Positions 9,543 to 22,700 of a DNA stretch of 64,000 nt are shown in pieces. The DNA comes from Auanema rhodensis (taxonomy: Eukaryota; Animalia; Nematoda): NCBI GenBank assembly GCA_964057225.1, contig OZ059899.1:20522001-20586000 (forward strand), given 5' to 3'. The position numbers and the translations under genes are program-made. Below the pieces are notes generated by a model. The model searched no databases and was not told the DNA's origin. It saw nothing but the letters and a program-made list of their open reading frames with translations. Position 1 is the stretch's first letter; every line of letters starts with the position of its first letter.

Positions 9543-12500
9543 AAATCGAGGATATAAGTGTGAACTTATATCAGTTGATATCTCGGTGCATTTTTAAGCT
9601 AGCGCAAATCTGATAACACAGATCGACGCAGCTTAAAAATCCGCATCGAATGCACTATACTACATTGAGAAACGCTTGATACAAAAATTAGGTATGATCG
9701 TTTGAAAAATGATGCATTACTGTAAGTTGAGTTTCCATGTACACTCAACATTGCTTCCAAAAACATTTTGACAAAAATTTTTCCGAAAAATATCAAAATA
9801 ATTTCGCGAAAAGTAGATGTTTTTAGATTCCTTTTTCCAAGGCAAAGACGATGGACAATGTTATTCAACGAAAAAATTAATTCTGCAGGGTGAAAATCGA
9901 GGATATAAGTGTGAACTTATATCAGTAGATATCTCGGTGCATTTTTAAGCTTGCGCAAATCTGATAACACAGATCGACGCAGCTTAAAAATCCGCATCGA
10001 ATGCACTATACTACATTGAGAAACGCTTAATACAAAAGTTAGTTATGATCGTTTGAAAAATGATGCATTAGTGTATGTTGAGTTTCCATGTACACTCAAC
10101 ATTGCTTCCAAAAACATTTTGACAAAAATTTTTCCGAAAAATTTCAAAATAATTTCGCAAAAATTAGATGTTTTTAGATTCCTTTTTTCAAGGCAAAGAC
10201 GATGGACAATGTTATTCAACGAAAAAATTAATTCTGCAGGGTGAAAATCGAGGATATAAGTGTGAACTTATATCAGTTGATATCTCGGTGCATTTTTAAG
10301 CTAGCGCAAATCTGATAACACAGATCGACGCAGCTTAAAAATCCGCATCGAATGCACTATACTACATTGAGAAACGCTTAATACAAAAGTTAGTTATGAT
10401 CGTTTGAAAAATGATGCATTAGTGTATGTTGAGTTTCCATGTACACTCAACATTGCTTCCAAAAACATTTTGACAAAAATTTTTCCGAAAAATTTCAAAA
10501 TAATTTCGCAAAAATTAGATGTTTTTAGATTCCTTTTTTCAAGGCAAAGACGATGGACAATGTTATTCAACGAAAAAATTAATTCTGCAGGGTGAAAATC
10601 GAGGATATAAGTGTGAACTTATATCAGTTGATATCTCGGTGCATTTTTAAGCTAGCGCAAATCTGATAACACAGATCGACGCAGCTTAAAAATCCGCATC
10701 GAATGCACTATACTACATTGAGAAACGCTTAATACAAAAATTAGTTATGATCGTTTGAAAAATGATGCATTAGTGTATGTTGAGTTTCCATGTACACTCA
10801 ACATTGCTTCCAAAAACATTTTTACAAAAATTTTTCCGAAAAATTTCAAAATAATTTCGCAAAAAGTAGATGTTTTTAGATTCCTTTTTTCAAGGCAAAG
10901 ACGATGGACAATGTTATTCAACGAAAAAATTAATTCTGCAGGGTGAAAATCGAGGATATAAGTGTGAACTTATATCAGTTGATATCTCGGTGCATTTTTA
11001 AGCTAGCGCAAATCTGATAACACAGATCGACGCAGCTTAAAAATCCGCATCGAATGCACTATACTGCATTGAGAAACGCTTAATACAAAAGTTAGTTATG
11101 ATCGTTTGAAAAATGATGCATTAGTGTATGTTGAGTTTCCATGTACACTCAACATTGCTTCCAAAAACATTTTTACAAAAATTTTTCCGAAAAATTTCAA
11201 AATAATTTCGCAAAAAGTAGATGTTTTTAGATTCCTTTTTTCAAGGCAAAGACGATGGACAATGTTATTCAACGAAAAAATTAATTCTGCAGGGTGAAAA
11301 TCGAGGATATAAGTGTGAACTTATATCAGTTGATATCTCGGTGCATTTTTAAGCTAGCGCAAATCTGATAACACAGATCGACGCAGCTTAAAAATCCGCA
11401 TCGAATGCACTATACTGCATTGAGAAACGCTTAATACAAAAGTTAGTTATGATCGTTTGAAAAATGATGCATTAGTGTATGTTGAGTTTCCATGTACACT
11501 CAACATTGCTTCCAAAAACATTTTTACAAAAATTTTTCCGAAAAATTTCAAAATAATTTCGCAAAAAGTAGATGTTTTTAGATTCCTTTTTTCAAGGCAA
11601 AGACGATGGACAATGTTATTCAACGAAAAAATTAATTCTGCAGGGTGAAAATCGAGGATATAAGTGTGAACTTATATCAGTTGATATCTCGGTGCATTTT
11701 TAAGCTAGCGCAAATCTGATAACACAGATCGACGCAGCTTAAAAATCCGCATCGAATGCACTATACTACATTGAGAAATGCTTAATACAAAAGTTAGTTA
11801 TGATCGTTTGAAAAATGATGCATTAGTGTAAGTTGAGTTTCCATGTACACTCAACATTGCTTCCAAAAACATTTTGACAAAAATTTTTCCGAAAAATATC
11901 AAAATAATTTCGCGAAAAGTAGATGTTTTTAGATTCCTTTTTCCAAGGCAAAGACGATGGACAATGTTATTCAACGAAAAAATTAATTCTGCAGGGTGAA
12001 AATCGAGGATATAAGTGTGAACTTATATCAGTAGATATCTCGGTGCATTTTTAAGCTAGCGCAAATCTGATAACACAGATCGACGCAGCTTAAAAATCCG
12101 CATCGAATGCACTATACTACATTGAGAAACGCTTAATACAAAAGTTAGTTATGATCGTTTGAAAAATGATGCATTAGTGTATGTTGAGTTTCCATGTACA
12201 CTCAACATTGCTTCCAAAAACATTTTGACAAAAATTTTTCCGAAAAATTTCAAAATAATTTCGCAAAAATTAGATGTTTTTAGATTCCTTTTTTCAAGGC
12301 AAAGACGATGGACAATGTTATTCAACGAAAAAATTAATTCTGCAGGGTGAAAATCGAGGATATAAGTGTGAACTTATATCAGTTGATATCTCGGTGCATT
12401 TTTAAGCTAGCGCAAATCTGATAACACAGATCGACGCAGCTTAAAAATCCGCATCGAATGCACTATACTACATTGAGAAACGCTTAATACAAAAGTTAGT

Positions 12501-13754
12501 TATGATCGTTTGAAAAATGATTCATTAGTGTATGTTGAGTTTCCATGTACACTCAACATTGCTTCCAAAAACATTTTGACAAAAATTTTTCCGAAAAATT
12601 TCAAAATAATTTCGCAAAAATTAGATGTTTTTAGATTCCTTTTTTCAAGGCAAAGACGATGGACAATGTTATTCAACGAAAAAATTAATTCTGCAGGGTG
12701 AAAATCGAGGATATAAGTGTGAACTTATATCAGTTGATATCTCGGTGCATTTTTAAGCTAGCGCAAATCTGATAACACAGATCGACGCAGCTTAAAAATC
12801 CGCATCGAATGCACTATACTACATTGAGAAACGCTTAATACAAAAATTAGTTATGATCGTTTGAAAAATGATGCATTAGTGTATGTTGAGTTTCCATGTA
12901 CACTCAACATTGCTTCCAAAAACATTTTTACAAAAATTTTTCCGAAAAATTTCAAAATAATTTCGCAAAAAGTAGATGTTTTTAGATTCCTTTTTTCAAG
13001 GCAAAGACGATGGACAATGTTATTCAACGAAAAAATTAATTCTGCAGGGTGAAAATCGAGGATATAAGTGTGAACTTATAACAGTTGATATCTCGGTGCA
13101 TTTTTAAGCTAGCGCAAATCTGATAACACAGATCGACGCAGCTTAAAAATCCGCATCGAATGCACTATACTGCATTGAGAAACGCTTAATACAAAAGTTA
13201 GTTATGATCGTTTGAAAAATGATGCATTAGTGTATGTTGAGTTTCCATGTACACTCAACATTGCTTCCAAAAACATTTTTACAAAAATTTTTCCGAAAAA
13301 TTTCAAAATAATTTCGCAAAAAGTAGATGTTTTTAGATTCCTTTTTTCAAGGCAAAGACGATGGACAATGTTATTCAACGAAAAAATTAATTCTGCAGGG
13401 TGAAAATCGAGGATATAAGTGTGAACTTATATCAGTTGATATCTCGGTGCATTTTTAAGCTAGCGCAAATCTGATAACACAGATCGACGCAGCTTAAAAA
13501 TCCGCATCGAATGCACTATACTGCATTGAGAAACGCTTAATACAAAACTTAGTTATGATCGTTTGAAAAATGATGCATTAGTGTATGTTGAGTTTCCATG
13601 TACACTCAACATTGCTTCCAAAAACATTTTTACAAAAATTTTTCCGAAAAATTTCAAAATAATTTCGCAAAAAGTAGATGTTTTTAGATTCCTTTTTTCA
13701 AGGCAAAGACGATGGACAATGTTATTCAACGAAAAAATTAATTCTGCAGGGTGA
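9543..13754. repeat. Subfamily domain 2: two tandem copies of a 6-monomer (2106-bp) higher-order unit X-L-L-F-F-F
   Basis: X (GTAAGTT, AAATATCAAA, TTCCAAGG, followed by CAGTAGATATC) at 9702 and 11808. Each X is followed by two L and three F (ATTTTTACAA) monomers. Confidence 0.85.
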
Positions 13755-16700
13755 AAATCGAGGATATAAGTGTGAACTTATATCAGTTGATATCTCGGTG
13801 CATTTTTAAGCTAGCGCAAATCTGATAACACAGATCGACGCAGCTTAAAAATCCGCATCGAATGCACTATACTGCATTGAGAAACGCTTAATACAAAAGT
13901 TAGTTATGATCGTTTGAAAAATGATGCATTAGTGTATGTTGAGTTTCCATGTACACTCAACATTGCTTCCAAAAACATTTTGACAAAAATTTTTCCGAAA
14001 AATTTTAAAATAATTTCGCAAAGAGTAGGTGTTTTTAGATTCCTTTTTTCAAGGCAAAGACGATGGACAATGTTATTCAACGAAAAAATTAATTCTGCAG
14101 GGTGAAAATCGAGGATATAAGTGTGAACTTATATCAGTTGATATCTCGGTGCATTTTTAAGCTAGCGCAAATCTGATAACACAGATCGACGCAGCTTAAA
14201 AATCAGCATCGAATGCACTATACTACATTGAGAAACGCTTGATACAAAAATTAGGTATGATCGTTTGAAAAATGATGCATTAGTGTATGTTGAGTTTCCA
14301 TGTACACTCAACATTGCTTCCAAAAACATTTTGACAAAAATTTTTCCGAAAAATTTCAAAATAATTTCGCAAAAAGTAGATGTTTTTAGATTCCTTTTTT
14401 CAAGGCAAAGACGATGGACAATGTTATTCAACGAAAAAATTAATTCTGCAGGGTGAAAATCGAGGATATAAGTGTGAACTTATATCAGTTGATATCTCGG
14501 TGCATTTTTAAGCTAGCGCAAATCTGATAACACAGATCGACGCAGCTTAAAAATCCGCATCGAATGCACTATACTGCATTGAGAAACGCTTAATACAAAA
14601 GTTAGTTATGATCGTTTGAAAAATGATGCATTAGTGTATGTTGAGTTTCCATGTACACTCAACATTGCTTCCAAAAACATTTTGACAAAAATTTTTCCGA
14701 AAAATTTTAAAATAATTTCGCAAAGAGTAGGTGTTTTTAGATTCCTTTTTTCAAGGCAAAGACGATGGACGATGTTATTCAACGAAAAAATTAATTCTGC
14801 AGGGTGAAAATCGAGGATATAAGTGTGAACTTATATCAGTTGATATCTCGGTGCATTTTTAAGCTAGCGCAAATCTGATAACACAGATCGACGCAGCTTA
14901 AAAATCCGCATCGAATGCACTATACTACATTGAGAAACGCTTAATACAAAACTTAGTTATGATCGTTTGAAAAATGATGCATTACTGTAAGTTGAGTTTC
15001 CATGTACACTCAACATTGCTTCCAAAAACATTTTGACAAAAATTTTTCCGAAAAATTTCAAAATAATTTCGCGAAAAGTAGATGTTTTTAGATTCCTTTT
15101 TCCAAGGCAAAGACGATGGACAATGTTATTCAACGAAAAAATTAATTCCGCAGGGTGAAAATCGAGGATATAAGTGTGAACTTATATCAGTAGATATCTC
15201 GGTGCATTTTTAAGCTAGCGCAAATCTGATAACACAGATCGACGCAGCTTAAAAATCCGCATCGAATGCACTATACTACATTGAGAAACGCTTAATACAA
15301 AAGTTAGTTATGATCGTTTGAAAAATGATGCATTAGTGTATGTTGAGTTTCCATGTACACTCAACATTGCTTCCAAAAACATTTTGACAAAAATTTTTCC
15401 GAAAAATTTCAAAATAATTTCGCAAAAATTAGATGTTTTTAGATTCCTTTTTTCAAGGCAAAGACGATGGACAATGTTATTCAACGAAAAAATTAATTCT
15501 GCAGGGTGAAAATCGAGGATATAAGTGTGAACTTATATCAGTTGATATCTCGGTGCATTTTTAAGCTAGCGCAAATCTGATAACACAGATCGACGCAGCT
15601 TAAAAATCCGCATCGAATGCACTATACTACATTGAGAAACGCTTAATACAAAAGTTAGTTATGATCGTTTGAAAAATGATGCATTAGTGTATGTTGAGTT
15701 TCCATGTACACTCAACATTGCTTCCAAAAACATTTTGACAAAAATTTTTCCGAAAAATTTCAAAATAATTTCGCAAAAATTAGATGTTTTTAGATTCCTT
15801 TTTTCAAGGCAAAGACGATGGACAATGTTATTCAACGAAAAAATTAATTCTGCAGGGTGAAAATCGAGGATATAAGTGTGAACTTATATCAGTTGATATC
15901 TCGGTGCATTTTTAAGCTAGCGCAAATCTGATAACACAGATCGACGCAGCTTAAAAATCCGCATCGAATGCACTATACTACATTGAGAAACGCTTAATAC
16001 AAAAATTAGTTATGATCGTTTGAAAAATGATGCATTAGTGTATGTTGAGTTTCCATGTACACTCAACATTGCTTCCAAAAACATTTTTACAAAAATTTTT
16101 CCGAAAAATTTCAAAATAATTTCGCAAAAAGTATATGTTTTTAGATTCCTTTTTTCAAGGCAAAGACGATGGACAATGTTATTCAACGAAAAAATTAATT
16201 CTGCAGGGTGAAAATCGAGGATATAAGTGTGAACTTATATCAGTTGATATCTCGGTGCATTTTTAAGCTAGCGCAAATCTGATAACACAGATCGACGCAG
16301 CTTAAAAATCCGCATCGAATGCACTATACTGCATTGAGAAACGCTTAATACAAAAGTTAGTTATGATCGTTTGAAAAATGATGCATTAGTGTATGTTGAG
16401 TTTCCATGTACACTCAACATTGCTTCCAAAAACATTTTGACAAAAATTTTTCCGAAAAATTTTAAAATAATTTCGCAAAGAGTAGGTGTTTTTAGATTCC
16501 TTTTTTCAAGGCAAAGACGATGGACAATGTTATTCATCGAAAAAATTAATTCTGCAGGGTGAAAATCGAGGATATAAGTGTGAACTTATATCAGTTGATA
16601 TCTCGGTGCATTTTTAAGCTAGCGCAAATCTGATAACACAGATCGACGCAGCTTAAAAATCAGCATCGAATGCACTATACTACATTGAGAAACGCTTGAT

Positions 16701-19700
16701 ACAAAAATTAGGTATGATCGTTTGAAAAATGATGCATTAGTGTATGTTGAGTTTCCATGTACACTCAACATTGCTTCCAAAAACATTTTTACAAAAATTT
16801 TTCCGAAAAATTTCAAAATAATTTCGCAAAAAGTAGATGTTTTTAGATTCCTTTTTTCAAGGCAAAGACGATGGACAATGTTATTCAACGAAAAAATTAA
16901 TTCTGCAGGGTGAAAATCGAGGATATAAGTGTGAACTTATATCAGTTGATATCTCGGTGCATTTTTAAGCTAGCGCAAATCTGATAACACAGATCGACGC
17001 AGCTTAAAAATCAGCATCGAATGCACTATACTACATTGAGAACGCTTAATACAAAAGTTAGGTATGATCGTTTGAAAAATGATGCATTAGTGTATGTTGA
17101 GTTTCCATGTACACTCAACATTGCTTCCAAAAACATTTTTACAAAAATTTTTCCGAAAAATTTCAAAATAATTTCGCAAAAAGTAGATGTTTTTAGATTC
17201 CTTTTTTCAAGGCAAAGACGATGGACAATGTTATTCAACGAAAAAATTAATTCTGCAGGGTGAAAATCGAGGATATAAGTGTGAACTTATATCAGTTGAT
17301 ATCTCGGTGCATTTTTAAGCTAGCGCAAATCTGATAACACAGATCGACGCAGCTTAAAAATCCGCATCGAATGCACTATACTGCATTGAGAAACGCTTAA
17401 TACAAAAGTTAGTTATGATCGTTTGAAAAATGATGCATTAGTGTACGTTGAGTTTCCATGTACACTCAACATTGCTTCCAAAAACATTTTGACAAAAATT
17501 TTTCCGAAAAATTTTAAAATAATTTCGCAAAGAGTAGGTGTTTTTAGATTCCTTTTTTCAAGGCAAAGACGATGGACAATGTTATTCAACGAAAAAATTA
17601 ATTCTGCAGGGTGAAAATCGAGGATATAAGTGTGAACTTATATCAGTTGATATCTCGGTGCATTTTTAAGCTAGCGCAAATCTGATAACACAGATCGACG
17701 CAACTTAAAAATCAGCATCGAATGCACTATACTACATTGAGAAACGCTTGATACAAAAATTAGGTATGATCGTTTGAAAAATGATGCATTAGTGTATGTT
17801 GAGTTTCCATGTACACTCAACATTGCTTCCAAAAACATTTTTACAAAAATTTTTCCGAAAAATTTCAAAATAATTTCGCAAAAAGTAGATGTTTTTAGAT
17901 TCCTTTTTTCAAGGCAAAGACGATGGACAATGTTATTCAACGAAAAAATTAATTCTGCAGGGTGAAAATCGAGGATATAAGTGTGAACTTATATCAGTTG
18001 ATATCTCGGTGCATTTTTAAGCTAGCGCAAATCTGATAACACAGATCGACGCAGCTTAAAAATCCGCATCGAATGCACTATACTGCATTAAGAAACGCTT
18101 AATACAAAAGTTAGTTATGATCGTTTGAAAAATGATGCATTAGTGTATGTTGAGTTTCCATGTACACTCAACATTGCTTCCAAAAACATTTTGACAAAAA
18201 TTTTTCCGAAAAATTTTAAAATAATTTCGCAAAGAGTAGGTGTTTTTAGATTCCTTTTTTCAAGGCAAAGACGATGGACAATGTTATTCAACGAAAAAAT
18301 TAATTCTGCAGGGTGAAAATCGAGGATATAAGTGTGAACTTATATCAGTTGATATCTCGGTGCATTTTTAAGCTAGCGCAAATCTGATAACACAGATCGA
18401 CGCAGCTTAAAAATCCGCATCGAATGCACTATACTACATTGAGAAACGCTTAATACAAAAATTAGTTATGATCGTTTGAAAAATGATGCATTAGTGTATG
18501 TTGAGTTTCCATGTACACTCAACATTGCTTCCAAAAACATTTTGACAAAAAGTTTTCCGAAAAATTTCATAATAATTTCGCGAAAAGTAGATGTTTTTAG
18601 ATTCCTTTTTCCAAGGCAAAGACGATGGACAATGTTATTCAACGAAAAAATTAATTCTGCAGGGTGAAAATCGAGGATATAAGTGTGAACTTATATCAGT
18701 TGATATCTCGGTGCATTTTTAAGCTAGCGCAAATCTGATAACACAGATCGACGCAGCTTAAAAATCCGCATCGAATGCACTATACTGCATTGAGAAACGC
18801 TTAATACAAAAGTTAGTTATGATCGTTTGAAAAATGATGCATTAGTGTACGTTGAGTTTCCATGTACACTCAACATTGCTTCCAAAAACATTTTGACAAA
18901 AATTTTTCCGAAAAATTTTAAAATAATTTCGCAAAGAGTAGGTGTTTTTAGATTCCTTTTTTCAAGGCAAAGACGATGGACAATGTTATTCAACGAAAAA
19001 ATTAATTCTGCAGGGTGAAAATCGAGGATATAAGTGTGAACTTATATCAGTTGATATCTCGGTGCATTTTTAAGCTAGCGCAAATCTGATAACACAGATC
19101 GACGCAGCTTAAAAATCCGCATCGAATGCACTATACTACATTGAGAAACGCTTAATACAAAAATTAGTTATGATCGTTTGAAAAATGATGCATTAGTGTA
19201 TGTTGAGTTTCCATGTACACTCAACATTGCTTCCAAAAACATTTTGACAAAAATTTTTCAAAAAAATTTCAAAATAATTTCGCAAAAATTAGATGTTTTT
19301 AGATTCCTTTTTTCAAGGCAAAGACGATGGACAATGTTATTCAACGAAAAAATTAATTCTGCAGGGTGAAAATCGAGGATATAAGTGTGAACTTATATCA
19401 GTTGATATCTCGGTGCATTTTTAAGCTAGCGCAAATCTGATAACACAGATCGACGCAGCTTAAAAATCCGCATCGAATGCACTATACTACATTGAGAAAC
19501 GCTTAATACAAAAATTAGTTATGATCGTTTGAAAAATGATGCATTAGTGTATGTTGAGTTTCCATGTACACTCAACATTGCTTCCAAAAACATTTTTACA
19601 AAAATTTTTCCGAAAAATTTCAAAATAATTTCGCAAAAAGTATATGTTTTTAGATTCCTTTTTTCAAGGCAAAGACGATGGACAATGTTATTCAACGAAA

Positions 19701-22700
19701 AAATTAATTCTGCAGGGTGAAAATCGAGGATATAAGTGTGAACTTATATCAGTTGATATCTCGGTGCATTTTTAAGCTAGCGCAAATCTGATAACACAGA
19801 TCGACGCAGCTTAAAAATCCGCATCGAATGCACTATACTGCATTGAGAAACGCTTAATACAAAAGTTAGTTATGATCGTTTGAAAAATGATGCATTAGTG
19901 TATGTTGAGTTTCCATGTACACTCAACATTGCTTCCAAAAACATTTTGACAAAAATTTTTCCGAAAAATTTTAAAATAATTTCGCAAAGAGTAGGTGTTT
20001 TTAGATTCCTTTTTTCAAGGCAAAGACGATGGACAATGTTATTCATCGAAAAAATTAATTCTGCAGGGTGAAAATCGAGGATATAAGTGTGAACTTATAT
20101 CAGTTGATATCTCGGTGCATTTTTAAGCTAGCGCAAATCTGATAACACAGATCGACGCAGCTTAAAAATCAGCATCGAATGCACTATACTACATTGAGAA
20201 ACGCTTGATACAAAAATTAGGTATGATCGTTTGAAAAATGATGCATTAGTGTATGTTGAGTTTCCATGTACACTCAACATTGCTTCCAAAAACATTTTTA
20301 CAAAAATTTTTCCGAAAAATTTCAGAATAATTTCGCAAAAAGTAGATGTTTTTAGATTCCTTTTTTCAAGGCAAAGACGATGGACAATGTTATTCAACGA
20401 AAAAATTAATTCTGCAGGGTGAAAATCGAGGATATAAGTGTGAACTTATATCAGTTGATATCTCGGTGCATTTTTAAGCTAGCGCAAATCTGATAACACA
20501 GATCGACGCAGCTTAAAAATCAGCATCGAATGCACTATACTACATTGAGAACGCTTAATACAAAAGTTAGGTATGATCGTTTGAAAAATGATGCATTAGT
20601 GTATGTTGAGTTTCCATGTACACTCAACATTGCTTCCAAAAACATTTTTACAAAAATTTTTCCGAAAAATTTCAAAATAATTTCGCAAAAAGTAGATGTT
20701 TTTAGATTCCTTTTTTCAAGGCAAAGACGATGGACAATGTTATTCAACGAAAAAATTAATTCTGCAGGGTGAAAATCGAGGATATAAGTGTGAACTTATA
20801 TCAGTTGATATCTCGGTGCATTTTTAAGCTAGCGCAAATCTGATAACACAGATCGACGCAGCTTAAAAATCCGCATCGAATGCACTATACTGCATTGAGA
20901 AACGCTTAATACAAAAGTTAGTTATGATCGTTTGAAAAATGATGCATTAGTGTATGTTGAGTTTCCATGTACACTCAACATTGCTTCCAAAAACATTTTG
21001 ACAAAAATTTTTCCGAAAAATTTTAAAATAATTTCGCAAAGAGTAGGTGTTTTTAGATTCCTTTTTTCAAGGCAAAGACGATGGACAATGTTATTCAACG
21101 AAAAAATTAATTCTGCAGGGTGAAAATCGAGGATATAAGTGTGAACTTATATCAGTTGATATCTCGGTGCATTTTTAAGCTAGCGCAAATCTGATAACAC
21201 AGATCGACGCAGCTTAAAAATCAGCATCGAATGCACTATACTACATTGAGAAACGCTTGATACAAAAATTAGGTATGATCGTTTGAAAAATGATGCATTA
21301 GTGTATGTTGAGTTTCCATGTACACTCAACATTGCTTCCAAAAACATTTTTACAAAAATTTTTCCGAAAAATTTCAAAATAATTTCGCAAAAAGTAGATG
21401 TTTTTAGATTCCTTTTTTCAAGGCAAAGACGATGGACAATGTTATTCAACGAAAAAATTAATTCTGCAGGGTGAAAATCGAGGATATAAGTGTGAACTTA
21501 TATCAGTTGATATCTCGGTGCATTTTTAAGCTAGCGCAAATCTGATAACACAGATCGACGCAGCTTAAAAATCCGCATCGAATGCACTATACTACATTGA
21601 GAAACGCTTAATACAAAAATTAGTTATGATCGTTTGAAAAATGATGCATTAGTGTATGTTGAGTTTCCATGTACACTCAACATTGCTTCCAAAAACATTT
21701 TTACAAAAATTTTTCCGAAAAATTTCAAAATAATTTCGCAAAAAGTATATGTTTTTAGATTCCTTTTTTCAAGGCAAAGACGATGGACAATGTTATTCAA
21801 CGAAAAAATTAATTCTGCAGGGTGAAAATCGAGGATATAAGTGTGAACTTATATCAGTTGATATCTCGGTGCATTTTTAAGCTAGCGCAAATCTGATAAC
21901 ACAGATCGACGCAGCTTAAAAATCCGCATCGAATGCACTATACTACATTGAGAAACGCTTAATACAAAAATTAGTTATGATCGTTTGAAAAATGATGCAT
22001 TAGTGTATGTTGAGTTTCCATGTACACTCAACATTGCTTCCAAAAACATTTTTACAAAAATTTTTCCGAAAAATTTCAAAATAATTTCGCAAAAAGTAGA
22101 TGTTTTTAGATTCCTTTTTTCAAGGCAAAGACGATGGACAATGTTATTCAACGAAAAAATTAATTCTGCAGGGTGAAAATCGAGGATATAAGTGTGAACT
22201 TATATCAGTTGATATCTCGGTGCATTTTTAAGCTAGCGCAAATCTGATAACACAGATCGACGCAGCTTAAAAATCAGCATCGAATGCACTATACTACATT
22301 GAGAACGCTTAATACAAAAGTTAGGTATGATCGTTTGAAAAATGATGCATTAGTGTATGTTGAGTTTCCATGTACACTCAACATTGCTTCCAAAAACATT
22401 TTTACAAAAATTTTTCCGAAAAATTTCAAAATAATTTCGCAAAAAGTAGATGTTTTTAGATTCCTTTTTTCAAGGCAAAGACGATGGACAATGTTATTCA
22501 ACGAAAAAATTAATTCTGCAGGGTGAAAATCGAGGATATAAGTGTGAACTTATATCAGTTGATATCTCGGTGCATTTTTAAGCTAGCGCAAATCTGATAA
22601 CACAGATCGACGCAGCTTAAAAATCCGCATCGAATGCACTATACTGCATTGAGAAACGCTTAATACAAAAGTTAGTTATGATCGTTTGAAAAATGATGCA

